Below are positions 43,274 to 51,657 of a stretch of 64,000 nucleotides of DNA, one piece after another. Made by a program: the position numbers and the translations under genes. Position 1 is the first letter of the stretch. Each line of letters starts with the position of its first letter. Source of the stretch: an uncultured Chitinophagaceae bacterium. Lineage in GTDB: Bacteria > Planctomycetota > Planctomycetia > Pirellulales > UBA1268. The stretch is taken from positions 9,037-73,036 of the forward strand of contig CAZRKH010000091.1 in the NCBI GenBank assembly GCA_964600785.1, in the 5' to 3' direction. Under the pieces are notes generated by a model that saw only the letters and a list, made by a program, of their open reading frames with translations, did not search any database and was not told where the DNA came from.

Positions 43274-43723
43274 ATGCCCATCTTCGACTACCGCTTCACT
43301 GTCGACGCGCCGCTCGAGGCGGTGCGGGACTTCCACCGCGACACCTCGGCTCTCAAGAAGCTCACGCCCCCGCCGACCTTCGTGCAGCTGCACGAAATCG
43401 AGCCGATGGCCGAGGGATCCGTCTCACGTTTCACGCTCTGGCTCGGTCCGCTACCGATTCCCTGGAAGGCGGTCCACCGCGACGTCACCGACCGCGGCTT
43501 CACCGACATCCAGGCCGAGGGCCCGGCGGCCAGATGGGAACACACGCATACCTTCACGCCACTCGCTGCCGATCGCACGGAAATCGACGAACACATCGAG
43601 TTTGCCCACCGGCCCGGCTGGCGTGGGCTGCTTACACGGCTGCTGTTCTCCCGGCCAAACCTGCTGGTGATGTTCGGCTATCGTCGCTGGGTGACCCGGC
43701 GGAGCCTGAGTCAGCCACGGTGA
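43274..43723 (+). CDS. SRPBCC-superfamily (START/cyclase-dehydrase-like) protein
   Basis: MPIFDYRFTVDAPLEAVRDFHRDTSALKKLTPPP...W.H.H.F.. is typical of the small SRPBCC ligand-binding fold. ATG at 43274. Confidence 0.65.
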   Translation: MPIFDYRFTVDAPLEAVRDFHRDTSALKKLTPPPTFVQLHEIEPMAEGSVSRFTLWLGPLPIPWKAVHRDVTDRGFTDIQAEGPAARWEHTHTFTPLAADRTEIDEHIEFAHRPGWRGLLTRLLFSRPNLLVMFGYRRWVTRRSLSQPR

Positions 43724-43892
43724 GGCGGCTGAACACCCCGTCGCGGGCCCGCTCGAGCCGCCGTTGGTACCAGTCGAGCCGCATCAGCTGCATCGAGGAT
43801 GGCCTGCCGTAGCGAATGCGTGAGATGTCGATCTCGCGGGCGAGTCGGTCTCGCTCGTCGATCAGGCGGCGAATCGGTTCGGTGGTGGCCAT
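43632..43892 (-). CDS. possible small helical protein (86 aa)
   Basis: High GC3 for the first about 55 codons from the ATG at 43892 (MATTEPIRRLIDERDRLAREIDISRIRYGRPSSMQLMRLDWYQRRLERARDG..). The tail overlaps the convergent SRPBCC gene by 92 nt. No homology recognised. Confidence 0.3.
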   Translation of the reverse strand: MATTEPIRRLIDERDRLAREIDISRIRYGRPSSMQLMRLDWYQRRLERARDGVFSRLTVADSGSAGSPSDDSRTSPAGLAGRTAAV

Positions 43893-44063
43893 GGCGGAAT
43901 GCCTGCAAGGGGTGCGGGCTGTGTCGGTCATGACGACGGTGCCATGACGCTCCGCCGGTCGATACGCGGCGACGACGCGGATGGTTCACCGATGGGGTAC
44001 CCTTGCAGCGAGGGAGGCCGGCGTGGCCCGACGGCATCCCGCACGGCATCCCGGAGCGGATCA

Positions 44064-45754
44064 ATGCGGTTTTTCGTGGGCATCCTCGCGTCGCTGGCCC
44101 GCACCCGGCGGCAGCGGCGAAATCTGCGGCTGCTGGGCTGGATGGCGGGGGTCTTCATCGGGCTCTTGGCCGTCTTCAGTGTGATCTTCCACTGGCTGAT
44201 GGCCCGAGAGGGGCAGCAGCATTCCTGGGTCACGTCGGTCTATTGGACCTTCGTCACGATGTCGACGCTCGGCTTCGGCGACATCACCTTCGAGTCCGAC
44301 GCCGGGCGGCTGTTCACGATCGTCGTGCTGATCACCGGCACGATCTTCCTCCTGGTGCTGCTGCCGTTTACTTTCATTCAGTTCTTTTTCCTGCCGTGGA
44401 TGGAGGCGAGCGAGGCGGCCGGCACGCCGCGAAAGATTCCCGCCGAGGTTCGCGACCATGTCGTGCTCACTCGTCTGGGACCGGTGGAGGAGTCGCTCGT
44501 GCGGCTGCTGACCTCCGGCGGTATCGAGCACTGCCTGGTGGTCGAGGATCATGTCGAGGCCGGCCGGATACTCGATGCGGGCTACCGGGTGATGGTCGGG
44601 CCGCTCGATGATCCGGCGACCTACCGGAATGCCCGCATCTCGCAGGCGGCGTTGGTGGCCACCACGCTCGGCGACACCACCAACACCAACGTCACCTTCA
44701 CCGTCCGCGAGGTGAACGCCGCGATCCCGATCGTGGCCACCGCCGCAAGCGAAGCCACGATCGACATCCTCACGATGGCCGGCTGCACGCAGGTCCTGCA
44801 GCTGGGCCGGATGCTCGGCGAGGCGATGGCCCGGCGGCTGCTCGGCCGCGACGGCCGCAGCCGCGTGGTGGGCCGCTTCGACGACCTGCTCATCGCCGAG
44901 GCCTCCGCCAAGGCCACGCCGCTGGTGGGACGCACGCTCGGCGAGATCGGCCTCAGGCAGGCGACCGGTGCCAGCGCCGTGGGGGTCTGGTATCGCGGGC
45001 ACTTTCGGAACGCCGGCCCCGACACGCTCCTGCACGGCTCGAGCCTGTTGGTGCTTGCCGGCAGCCGCGAGCAGCTCGCCCGCTATGACGAACTCTTCGG
45101 GCTGCCTTCGAAGGCCTCTGGCCTGGCGGTGATCATCGGCGGTGGTCGGGTGGGGAGAGCCGCGGCGGCGGCCCTAGCCGCCGAGGGGCAGGACTACCGC
45201 CTGGTGGAGAAGAACGCCGCACGGATCCTCGATCCGCCCGCAGTGTCCATGGCGATGCCGCCGAGCGGGCGGTGCTCGAGGCGGCCGGCCTCGACGACTG
45301 CTCGGCGGTGATGATCACCACCCACGACGACGACACCAACATCTACCTCACGCTCTATTGCCGCAAGCTGCGGCCAGACGTGCAGATCATCGCCCGCTCC
45401 AACCGCGAGCGGAACATCGAAACCCTGCACCGTGCCGGAGCCGACTTCGTGGTCTCCTACGCGACCTTCGCCTCGACCATGATCTACAACCTGCTGCGGC
45501 GGATCGACATCCTGACGGTGGCCGAGGGGCTGCATGTCTTCCGGCTCGACACCCCGCGGGAACTCTGGGGCCGCACGCTCGCCGAGGCCGGCATCCGCCG
45601 CGGCACCGGCTGCAGCGTGATCGCGGTGGGCCGCGACGACCACTTCGATGGCAACCCCGACTCCGAAAGAAAACTCGACCCCGGCGACGACCTTGTGCTC
45701 GTGGGCGATGCCGCCGCCGAGCAGCGGTTCATGCGGCGGTATGGCCGGGGCTAG
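44064..45754 (+). pseudogene. 2TM K+ channel with two RCK (TrkA-N/TrkA-C) modules, reading frame broken near 45240
   Basis: Pore signature TMSTLGFGDI. RCK1 spans 44460-45100. RCK2 starts GLAVIIGGGRVGRAAAAAL..YRLVEKNAARILDPPA in frame 0 and continues (S)VHGDAAERAVLEAAGLDDCSAVMITTHDDDTN.. in frame -1 (track ORFs 43899..45311 and 45272..45754). Confidence 0.75.
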
Positions 45755-46211
45755 CGGCCTCGTCGGCATCGGCCGCCAGTTCCCGCCGTCGCCGGATTGA
45801 CGCGTCGATGCTGCCCGGCCCGGCCCCCACCGCGACGATGAAGACCATCGCGCCACCGAGGGCGAGGTTTTTCATGAACTGAATCAACTGTTCCTGCCGC
45901 GCTTCGGCCGGGAGGTTCCAGAAGTCGTGGTAGTAGTAGGTGGCCGCCGCGAGAAACACCAGCAGCAGGAAGGCCCCGAGGCGGGCCTTGAAGCCGATCG
46001 CCACCGATATCCCACCGAGGATCATGAAGCCGATCGCCCCGGCGAGGAGCACTTCCGTCAGCGGGAAGCCCTCCATCTGCATGCCCTTGGCCTTCATGCC
46101 CTCCACGACTCCCGCGAAGGTGGGCACCTTCCCGACGGCGCTTACCAGGAAGATCGTCGCGATCATCAGCCTGCCGAGCAGGGCCAGCACGCCACGAATG
46201 AAGCCCATCAC
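45729..46211 (-). CDS. DoxX-family membrane protein
   Basis: 160 aa and 4 TM helices. ..LLGRLMIATIFLVSAVGK......GGAMV are DoxX features. Confidence 0.8.
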   Translation of the reverse strand: MMGFIRGVLALLGRLMIATIFLVSAVGKVPTFAGVVEGMKAKGMQMEGFPLTEVLLAGAIGFMILGGISVAIGFKARLGAFLLLVFLAAATYYYHDFWNLPAEARQEQLIQFMKNLALGGAMVFIVAVGAGPGSIDASIRRRRELAADADEAASPGHTAA

Positions 46212-46281
46212 ACCACTCCTCGGTCGATCGATTCCGTCGCCGTCGCCAGGGCGAAGTATAGGTCGTCGGGCCGCAGATTGT

Positions 46282-48747
46282 TCAATGCCGGAAAAAGGGG
46301 AGAGCCACCTTCACCGGAAGTTCGCTCCATGGCAGCGACAAACGCTCGGCATCGATCGTGGTCGGCTGCCGCAGGGTGAGCAGGAGCGGTTCAGGGGGGA
46401 GCCATGCGGCGGCCAGTTCGAAGCCGTCCTCGCGGGGCCGTAGCGTGAGCGTGCAGGGACGGCTGGCTCGCTCGATTGGCAGCCCTGCGGGCAATGGCTC
46501 GGCGGGATCGAAAATTGCCAGCGTGATCACGCCGCTCTCGGGGTGGGTGAGGGCATGCAGCCCGCCACGTGCGGCCACCACGCGAATTGCCGGCTGTGAG
46601 CCGCTGAGCGATTCGGCAAAGGCCGCCGTCTCTTCGTCGGACGCACCCGGCAGGATGGAGTAGATCGTGGCGGGTGCCGTCCCGTCCGGCTCCGGCGGGT
46701 GTTCGATCCAGGCCAGGTCAAACCAGCCCTCGCGAGGAACGTAGCGGCCGGAGATGCTCGCCAGATCCGCCGCGGGCAGCGGCTCGCCCGACACCGTCCA
46801 CCGCTTCCAGTCGATCGGCGAGGTCTCGCCCTCGCGGAGATGGCGATCGTAGAGCAGCAGTTGTGATTGCAGCCGTCGCGCCGTCTGCAACATGCCGCCG
46901 CTGTCCGGATGCACGCAGTAGACCGTGCCGTGACGATCCCGCACCGATCGGCCGCCGCCGGGATGCTCGCACACCGTCGGGGCCGCCTGGCGTGCCGGGT
47001 CGCGGTCTTCCTCGGCCGCGGCTGCCGGCCATTGAAAGAGCGTGGTCGCCGGCGTCGCGTCGGCCGATGAGGCGGGAATGCCGGCCACCCGCGGCCGCGG
47101 CTTGGCGGGGTCGTCCGGCATGATCCCGCTGATGACCATCGTCATTCGCCCACCGACGGCGTGGAGACTTTTGCGGAATGCCGGCCCGGGGCCGACGATC
47201 TGCTCGAGGGCCCAGCAGCCCGCATCGCCCAGGCTCGAGGCCACCGCCATGCCGCTGTTGGTCACGAAGGTGTTGTGCCTGCGGCTGAAGAGCCTCGAGG
47301 CGGGGCGAGTCTCCGAAGTGGCTCCGGGGATCAGCGACCAGTCGAAGCCCTGCTCGAGACCGTAGCCGAGCCCCGGCTCCCGGGCGTTGCCGTCGTCCGT
47401 GGCGATCACCAGTCCGCCGCGGCGGACGAAAATCGAGTAGTTGTTGGCCTGCGTCCAGGTGTAGATCTCGTGCTTGCCGGTAAAAGGCGAAAGGCCGCTG
47501 ACCACCGCGGTCCAGCCGGGCCGACGAACGATCATCGTCCCGCCGCGATTGACCGGCCAGATGCCCACCAGTGGCTGCCGCGAGCGTGGAACATGCGCGA
47601 AGGCCTCGCCGCGGGCAGCCTCGGGATACATGGCCGCGAGCACCTCCGCGGCGGGCAGCCAGACCCCGCCGCCGGGCTCGCCGGGCTCGTCGGGGGACTC
47701 GTCTGGGGACTCGTCTGGAGACTCGTCTGGACCCAAGAGGGCGGCAGTCCGCAGAAGATCGACGGTCATCCGCTCGATTGTCGGGAGGTTACCGGAGCGG
47801 CCGGCGACGTTGAAGGGAGCCACGCCGCCTGCGTTGTCGGCGAGCACCGCCGCCACCATTGCCGCCCGCCGCAGGTGGTCACGCGAGGCCGACGAGAGTG
47901 AGAGCCCCGCCGTGCGCCAGCGGACGAGGGCATCGAGAAACCGGGGCAGAGAGTAGCTGGCATAGGCGTAGTGCCAGATGCCGTGGTGGATGATCGCCCC
48001 GTCGGCGGAAAAGGTTTTTCCGCAGCGGACGAGGGCGTCGACATACGCTGCCACGCGGCCGATCATCGCCTCCTGCTCGTCGCCCTCCAGCAGCGTGGGC
48101 ACCCAGGGCAGAAACGAGACCATCGCCTTGAGGTGGTCCATCTGCACGTCCGGCTCAGCCTGCTCGTGGTTCCAGGCGAAGAGGTCGTAGAGCACTTCGG
48201 CCAGGGCGGCCCGTTCGTCGGCCGCAAGCCGCATCGCCTCGGCCATCACACGGAGGTAGTCGGGCAGCCCGTAGACGGGGAAAGCGGGCCGGCCTCGTGG
48301 CGTCGGGCCGCCCCGCCGCCATCGCCACCATTCGCCGACGAAGTGTCGCACCTGCCTGCCGAGGAGTTCCCGCAGCTGCTCCTGGCCGGCCGCGTCGGCC
48401 CGCGGCATCGCCCGAGCGACCGCCTCGATGGACCGGAAAAATGCGGCCAGCTGTGGCGAGGTCTGTTCGCTCGTGAAGAGCCGTCGAAACTCCGCAGCGG
48501 CCGCGTCACTTGTTTCGATCCGCCAGGCCAGGTCGTTCGCAGCCAGCAGGCTTTCGAGCGTGTCGTCGGGCAGGCCCCCGCCGGCTGCAGCCGGCACCAA
48601 CGGAAAGGCCTCGACCACCCGCCGGCAGACCGCGGGCCGGTCGGTGATCGCCAGCGAGGGAGTCCACTCGCTCCAAGGATCGGCAGCAGACCCCGGGGCG
48701 GCGACGAGCAGCGAGAATGTTCCCGCGATCTGCCATGCCAGCGGCAT
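46282..48747 (-). CDS. secreted polysaccharide lyase family 8-like protein
   Basis: The ATG at 48747 gives the signal MPLAWQIAGTFSLLVAAPGSA. The block ..FSADGAIIHHGIWHYAYASYSL.. matches the PL8 'DGSfi.H.....Y.g.YG' catalytic His/Tyr region. Size and beta-sandwich-like C-terminal domains are consistent with PL8. The family call is tentative. Confidence 0.5.
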   Translation of the reverse strand: MPLAWQIAGTFSLLVAAPGSAADPWSEWTPSLAITDRPAVCRRVVEAFPLVPAAAGGGLPDDTLESLLAANDLAWRIETSDAAAAEFRRLFTSEQTSPQLAAFFRSIEAVARAMPRADAAGQEQLRELLGRQVRHFVGEWWRWRRGGPTPRGRPAFPVYGLPDYLRVMAEAMRLAADERAALAEVLYDLFAWNHEQAEPDVQMDHLKAMVSFLPWVPTLLEGDEQEAMIGRVAAYVDALVRCGKTFSADGAIIHHGIWHYAYASYSLPRFLDALVRWRTAGLSLSSASRDHLRRAAMVAAVLADNAGGVAPFNVAGRSGNLPTIERMTVDLLRTAALLGPDESPDESPDESPDEPGEPGGGVWLPAAEVLAAMYPEAARGEAFAHVPRSRQPLVGIWPVNRGGTMIVRRPGWTAVVSGLSPFTGKHEIYTWTQANNYSIFVRRGGLVIATDDGNAREPGLGYGLEQGFDWSLIPGATSETRPASRLFSRRHNTFVTNSGMAVASSLGDAGCWALEQIVGPGPAFRKSLHAVGGRMTMVISGIMPDDPAKPRPRVAGIPASSADATPATTLFQWPAAAAEEDRDPARQAAPTVCEHPGGGRSVRDRHGTVYCVHPDSGGMLQTARRLQSQLLLYDRHLREGETSPIDWKRWTVSGEPLPAADLASISGRYVPREGWFDLAWIEHPPEPDGTAPATIYSILPGASDEETAAFAESLSGSQPAIRVVAARGGLHALTHPESGVITLAIFDPAEPLPAGLPIERASRPCTLTLRPREDGFELAAAWLPPEPLLLTLRQPTTIDAERLSLPWSELPVKVALPFFRH

Positions 48748-49094
48748 GTTGAAACGATTCTGGAAGCGGTGGGCTGGGAACACGCGGATGGCGGCAGGGT
48801 CGGAAGGCGGGACAGTCGAAGGGGGAGATCATTCAGCCGGCTGCCGGCTGCGGTCAGTCCAGCGGAAGGCCGCAAGCACTCCGAGCACGGCAAGCCCATC
48901 GATCATCGCACGCAGCCGCGGGGGCCTGAGTCGTCGGGCTTGGTGGTCGACCGTGCGCGAGCGGGAACCGTGTCTGAAGGTGCCTGATTTGCTTGCGGGC
49001 GACCAAACCCTACACTCTTGCAACCGGCCTGCTCGAGGGCCGAACGTTTGCACGTCCTTTATCCTTATCCCCGAGATTCCACGGAGTGACAACC

Positions 49095-49301
49095 ATGGCC
49101 GACGCAGACAGCCTTTCCTGGCCCGATCTTGCCATCGGGCTCTATGACCGCCTGACCGGGCGAAACGCCGAGATCACCTACGAGTTTGACGACATGCACA
49201 TCAAAATCCCGAGCCAGACCGGTGCGGGGGCCCAGCATGCCGAATGGGTGCTCAGTGGCACGATCAAGATTCGCACGCGAGACGCCTCGTCCCCAAACTG
49301 A
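49095..49301 (+). CDS. small protein (68 aa), 0-frame product of candidate frameshift gene
   Basis: ATG at 49095 with GGAG 9 nt upstream. Good GC3. MADADSLSWPDLAIGLYDRLTGRNAEITYEFDDMHIKIPSQTGAGAQHAEWVLSGTIKIRTRDASSPN. Confidence 0.6.
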   Translation: MADADSLSWPDLAIGLYDRLTGRNAEITYEFDDMHIKIPSQTGAGAQHAEWVLSGTIKIRTRDASSPN

Positions 49302-49346
49302 TCCCGACCGGCAGGCTCACGGGCACGCTCGATGGCCTGCCGGTCG
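49292..49346 (+). other. candidate -1 ribosomal frameshift cassette (slippery heptamer + spacer + stem-loop)
   Basis: tcC CCA AAC TGA: the X_XXY_YYZ heptamer is at 49292-49298 and the 0-frame stop at 49299-49301. A 6-nt spacer follows, then a perfect 12-bp stem CGACCGGCAGGC (49305-49316) / GCCTGCCGGTCG (49335-49346). Confidence 0.45.
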
Positions 49347-49564
49347 AAATCGTGGCTTCCGAGCGGGGTATCACGCTCTCGCTGGCGAGCGTCCGCTCGC
49401 TTGTACCGCTGTCACGGTCGGCCCGTCAGGCCGGCGGCGTGCTTGCGGTGTTGCGTCATGCGGCGATCCCGCTGGATGTCCGTCTCTTCTCAACGGTCAG
49501 CCTGCCGGTGTTGCCGCAGCCGCACTGGCTCGTGCGGCTGGTCATGCCTGGACACGCCTCCTGA
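49298..49564 (+). CDS. -1-frame continuation (88 codons) of the 49095 ORF; no convincing independent start
   Basis: The frame -1 codons ctg atc ccg acc ggc agg ctc acg ggc acg ctc gat ggc ctg ccg gtc.. have GC3 16/18, whereas the same frame upstream of 49292 has poor GC3. The only canonical in-frame starts are ATG 49244 (in the poor-GC3 part) and GTG 49352 (no SD). Confidence 0.5.
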   Translation: MIPTGRLTGTLDGLPVEIVASERGITLSLASVRSLVPLSRSARQAGGVLAVLRHAAIPLDVRLFSTVSLPVLPQPHWLVRLVMPGHAS

Positions 49565-50317
49565 GAGTGACACGCTCGCTCCCGTGGCCACCCCGACGAC
49601 CAGGCCGAAGAGCCAGCGGCTCCGTGGCCGTGTGAAGCCACCGAATCGCCAGGCCGCCAGGCCCGCGAGTCCGCCGGCAGTCAAGGCGATCACCGACTCC
49701 GCCTGGGCGATCTGCTCGACGGGCAGCCGTGATACAGACTGCCTCGCTACCCAGCCGATCGTTGCCACCGCGGGCACGGCGAGCATCGCCACCGCGGCGG
49801 CCCGCCGTCGCAGGGGCACCGCCAGCGGGCCGGGGGTCCAGCGGATCACCACGGCGATTCCCAGGCCGACCGCCGCTGCACACAGCGGGGCGGGGAGGTG
49901 CCGTGCGAGCCACTGCTGAGGTGGCAGGCCGGCCACATGCAGGCTCGCGAGGCTTGCCGCGGCCACCGCGGGAATGATTGCCGCGGTGGCCAGCCGGCTC
50001 TGCCGGGGAATGTCGAAGGCCGAGGCAAACCAGACCAATCCGAGGGCCACGGTTGCATCGAGGACCCATTGGTAGGGGGGCAGGCCGGCCATTCCGCCGC
50101 TGCCACCCACCCAGTCGAGCAGAGGCCCGACCGCCCCGCGGAGAGGATCGTCATCGGGCACGCCCACGAAGAATCCGGCAAAGACCCGCAGGCCAAAGGC
50201 GGCGAAGGGGATCAGTCCGGCGAGCAGTTCCAGCCGTCGTGGCAGCCGCGGCAACGCCGCGGCCCATATTGCCGTCCACAAAACGGTGAACAGGATCAGC
50301 CGCACGCCGGGCATCAT
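49490..50317 (-). CDS. polytopic membrane protein, unknown function
   Basis: 275 aa with 6-7 hydrophobic segments. It starts 12 nt downstream of the tRNA-Val. Its 3' end overlaps the convergent -1-frame ORF by 75 nt. Confidence 0.45.
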   Translation of the reverse strand: MMPGVRLILFTVLWTAIWAAALPRLPRRLELLAGLIPFAAFGLRVFAGFFVGVPDDDPLRGAVGPLLDWVGGSGGMAGLPPYQWVLDATVALGLVWFASAFDIPRQSRLATAAIIPAVAAASLASLHVAGLPPQQWLARHLPAPLCAAAVGLGIAVVIRWTPGPLAVPLRRRAAAVAMLAVPAVATIGWVARQSVSRLPVEQIAQAESVIALTAGGLAGLAAWRFGGFTRPRSRWLFGLVVGVATGASVSLSGGVSRHDQPHEPVRLRQHRQADR

Positions 50318-50328
50318 GAAGCCAACAG

Positions 50329-50402
50329 TGGGCGATAAAGGACTCGAACCTTTGACCCCCAGCTTGTCGAGCTGGTGCTCTAACCAACTGAGCTAATCGC
50401 CC
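50329..50402 (-). tRNA. tRNA-Val (anticodon GAC)
   Basis: Manual cloverleaf: GGGCGAT TA GCTC AGTTGGTTA GAGC A CCAGC TCGACAA GCTGG GGGTC AAAGG TTCGAGT CCTTT ATCGCCC A. No CCA is encoded. Position 33 reads C instead of the usual U. Confidence 0.9.
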
Positions 50403-51534
50403 GCAAAGCCATACCACGTGCTGGATCGTGGACGACTTGCGTGCCTGAAGTCTCGCGCACACGCTCCGCCGAGTCAAGCAGGCCGCGGGCGGTGCGGAGG
50501 GCGGCGGCTGAGCCGTCGGCGGCTCCGACGGCGATCGGCCCCCGCCACCAGGAAAGCACCCGGCCGGTGGCCGCCACCGGGAAGGTCGCCGTGAAGCCGA
50601 CGATCGCCCCACCGGCGTAGAGCGTCTGGCCGAGGGCGTGGCCGAGTTCGGCGGCAGTCGACTTCCGTCGGCCCTCGCCGCTTGGAGCGATCGCCGCCAC
50701 CCGACCGGCATCGCGGAGGTGACGCTCCTGGAAAAACCGCATTGCCGACTCGCCGGCCGTCTCCAGGAAGGTGCGGTCGGTGATGAAGCCGACCATGCCG
50801 CCCACCAGCGGAATCCTCGCGACGAGTTCGTCGGCCAGTTCGTCGGCCACGACGTCGCGTCCGGCCTGCACGGCGAGGGTGTCGGAGTCGAGTCCGCCGC
50901 CATCGGGCGCGTCGAGTGCGGCGTGCAGCCGCTCCAGGATCGCCCCCCGCTGCGGCGGCTGCTCGGTGAGACCAAGGTCGAGCAGGTCGAAGAGCATCGC
51001 CCGGTCGACCGGGCGGTCGAGCGCGTAGCCGTAGCAGTGGGCGAGCTTGGTGATCATCGTGAAGGTGGTCACCAGCTGAAACGGTAGCCGGCCCACCACG
51101 GCGCTGCCGAACTGCCGCATCACCAGGCCGCGTCCGGCGCTGATGTGTTCCGCCTCGCGGATCACCGCCATCGCCAGGCGGTCGCATTCCTCCAGCGGTG
51201 CCCGCCGCAGGGCCGGCAGGTCCCAGCCGCCGTCGGCAAGATGGGTCTTTTTCCAGGAGCTCATCCGCGTTTCGGCCAGCCGATCGATCAGGTCGATTGC
51301 CCGGCGGACGACGCTGCGGGGCACAACCCTCCGCACCGCCCAGGCGATCGGCACGGTCACGGCATCGATCGCGGCGGTGATCCGGCTCGGGCCGGTGCTT
51401 TTCCAGGCGGCGATACGGCGGACCTGCTCGGCTTCGTAGGGCGTCAGGGTCGGCTGGCTGCCGTTGCTCGAAGGGCTGCAGGCGTGGTCGGAGTTTTCGG
51501 GAGTCATGGGAGTCATGGGAGTCATGGCAGTCAT
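50380..51534 (-). CDS. EcsC-family protein
   Basis: ..LTPYEAEQVRRIAAWKSTGPSRITAAIDAVTVPIAW.. and the central ..TKLAHCYGY.. resemble the EcsC family (PF12787-type). The N-terminus MTAMTPMTPMTP is encoded by 9-bp repeats. The last 23 nt overlap the tRNA-Val gene. Confidence 0.55.
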   Translation of the reverse strand: MTAMTPMTPMTPENSDHACSPSSNGSQPTLTPYEAEQVRRIAAWKSTGPSRITAAIDAVTVPIAWAVRRVVPRSVVRRAIDLIDRLAETRMSSWKKTHLADGGWDLPALRRAPLEECDRLAMAVIREAEHISAGRGLVMRQFGSAVVGRLPFQLVTTFTMITKLAHCYGYALDRPVDRAMLFDLLDLGLTEQPPQRGAILERLHAALDAPDGGGLDSDTLAVQAGRDVVADELADELVARIPLVGGMVGFITDRTFLETAGESAMRFFQERHLRDAGRVAAIAPSGEGRRKSTAAELGHALGQTLYAGGAIVGFTATFPVAATGRVLSWWRGPIAVGAADGSAAALRTARGLLDSAERVRETSGTQVVHDPARGMALRAISSVG

Positions 51535-51574
51535 GGGGTCATGGGGTCATGGGGTCATGGGGTCATGGGGTCAT
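51499..51574 (-). repeat. tandem array (ATGACCCC)x5 (ATGACTGCC)x1 (ATGACTCCC)x3
   Basis: Read on the minus strand from 51574. The ATG spacing is 8,8,8,8,8,9,9,9. The last four ATGs are in frame with and form the start of the EcsC-like ORF. Confidence 0.95.
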
Positions 51575-51657
51575 GGCACCACTCGGTTCGGGAGACGCCG
51601 ACGCGGTCGACGGACTGCAGCAGAGAATACCCTGCCAGGCGGCTGGAATCCTGCCGG

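Noticed and set aside
43899-44063. 55-aa N-terminal extension of the K+ channel ORF
   Set aside because: It is Arg/Gly-rich and non-hydrophobic, and it overlaps the divergent small ORF region. The ATG at 44064, preceded by GGAG, gives a channel-typical N-terminus.
49056-49065. 10-nt match (gtcctttatc) to the 3' end of tRNA-Val, a possible att site delimiting an island between 49060 and 50329
   Set aside because: The match is on the opposite strand relative to the tRNA, so it is not a direct repeat. It is only 10 nt, and no integrase is present.
51499-51574. Considered as a CRISPR-like or minisatellite array
   Set aside because: The units are 8-9 bp and contiguous without spacers, and no cas genes are present. 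I treat it as a simple tandem repeat at a gene start instead.
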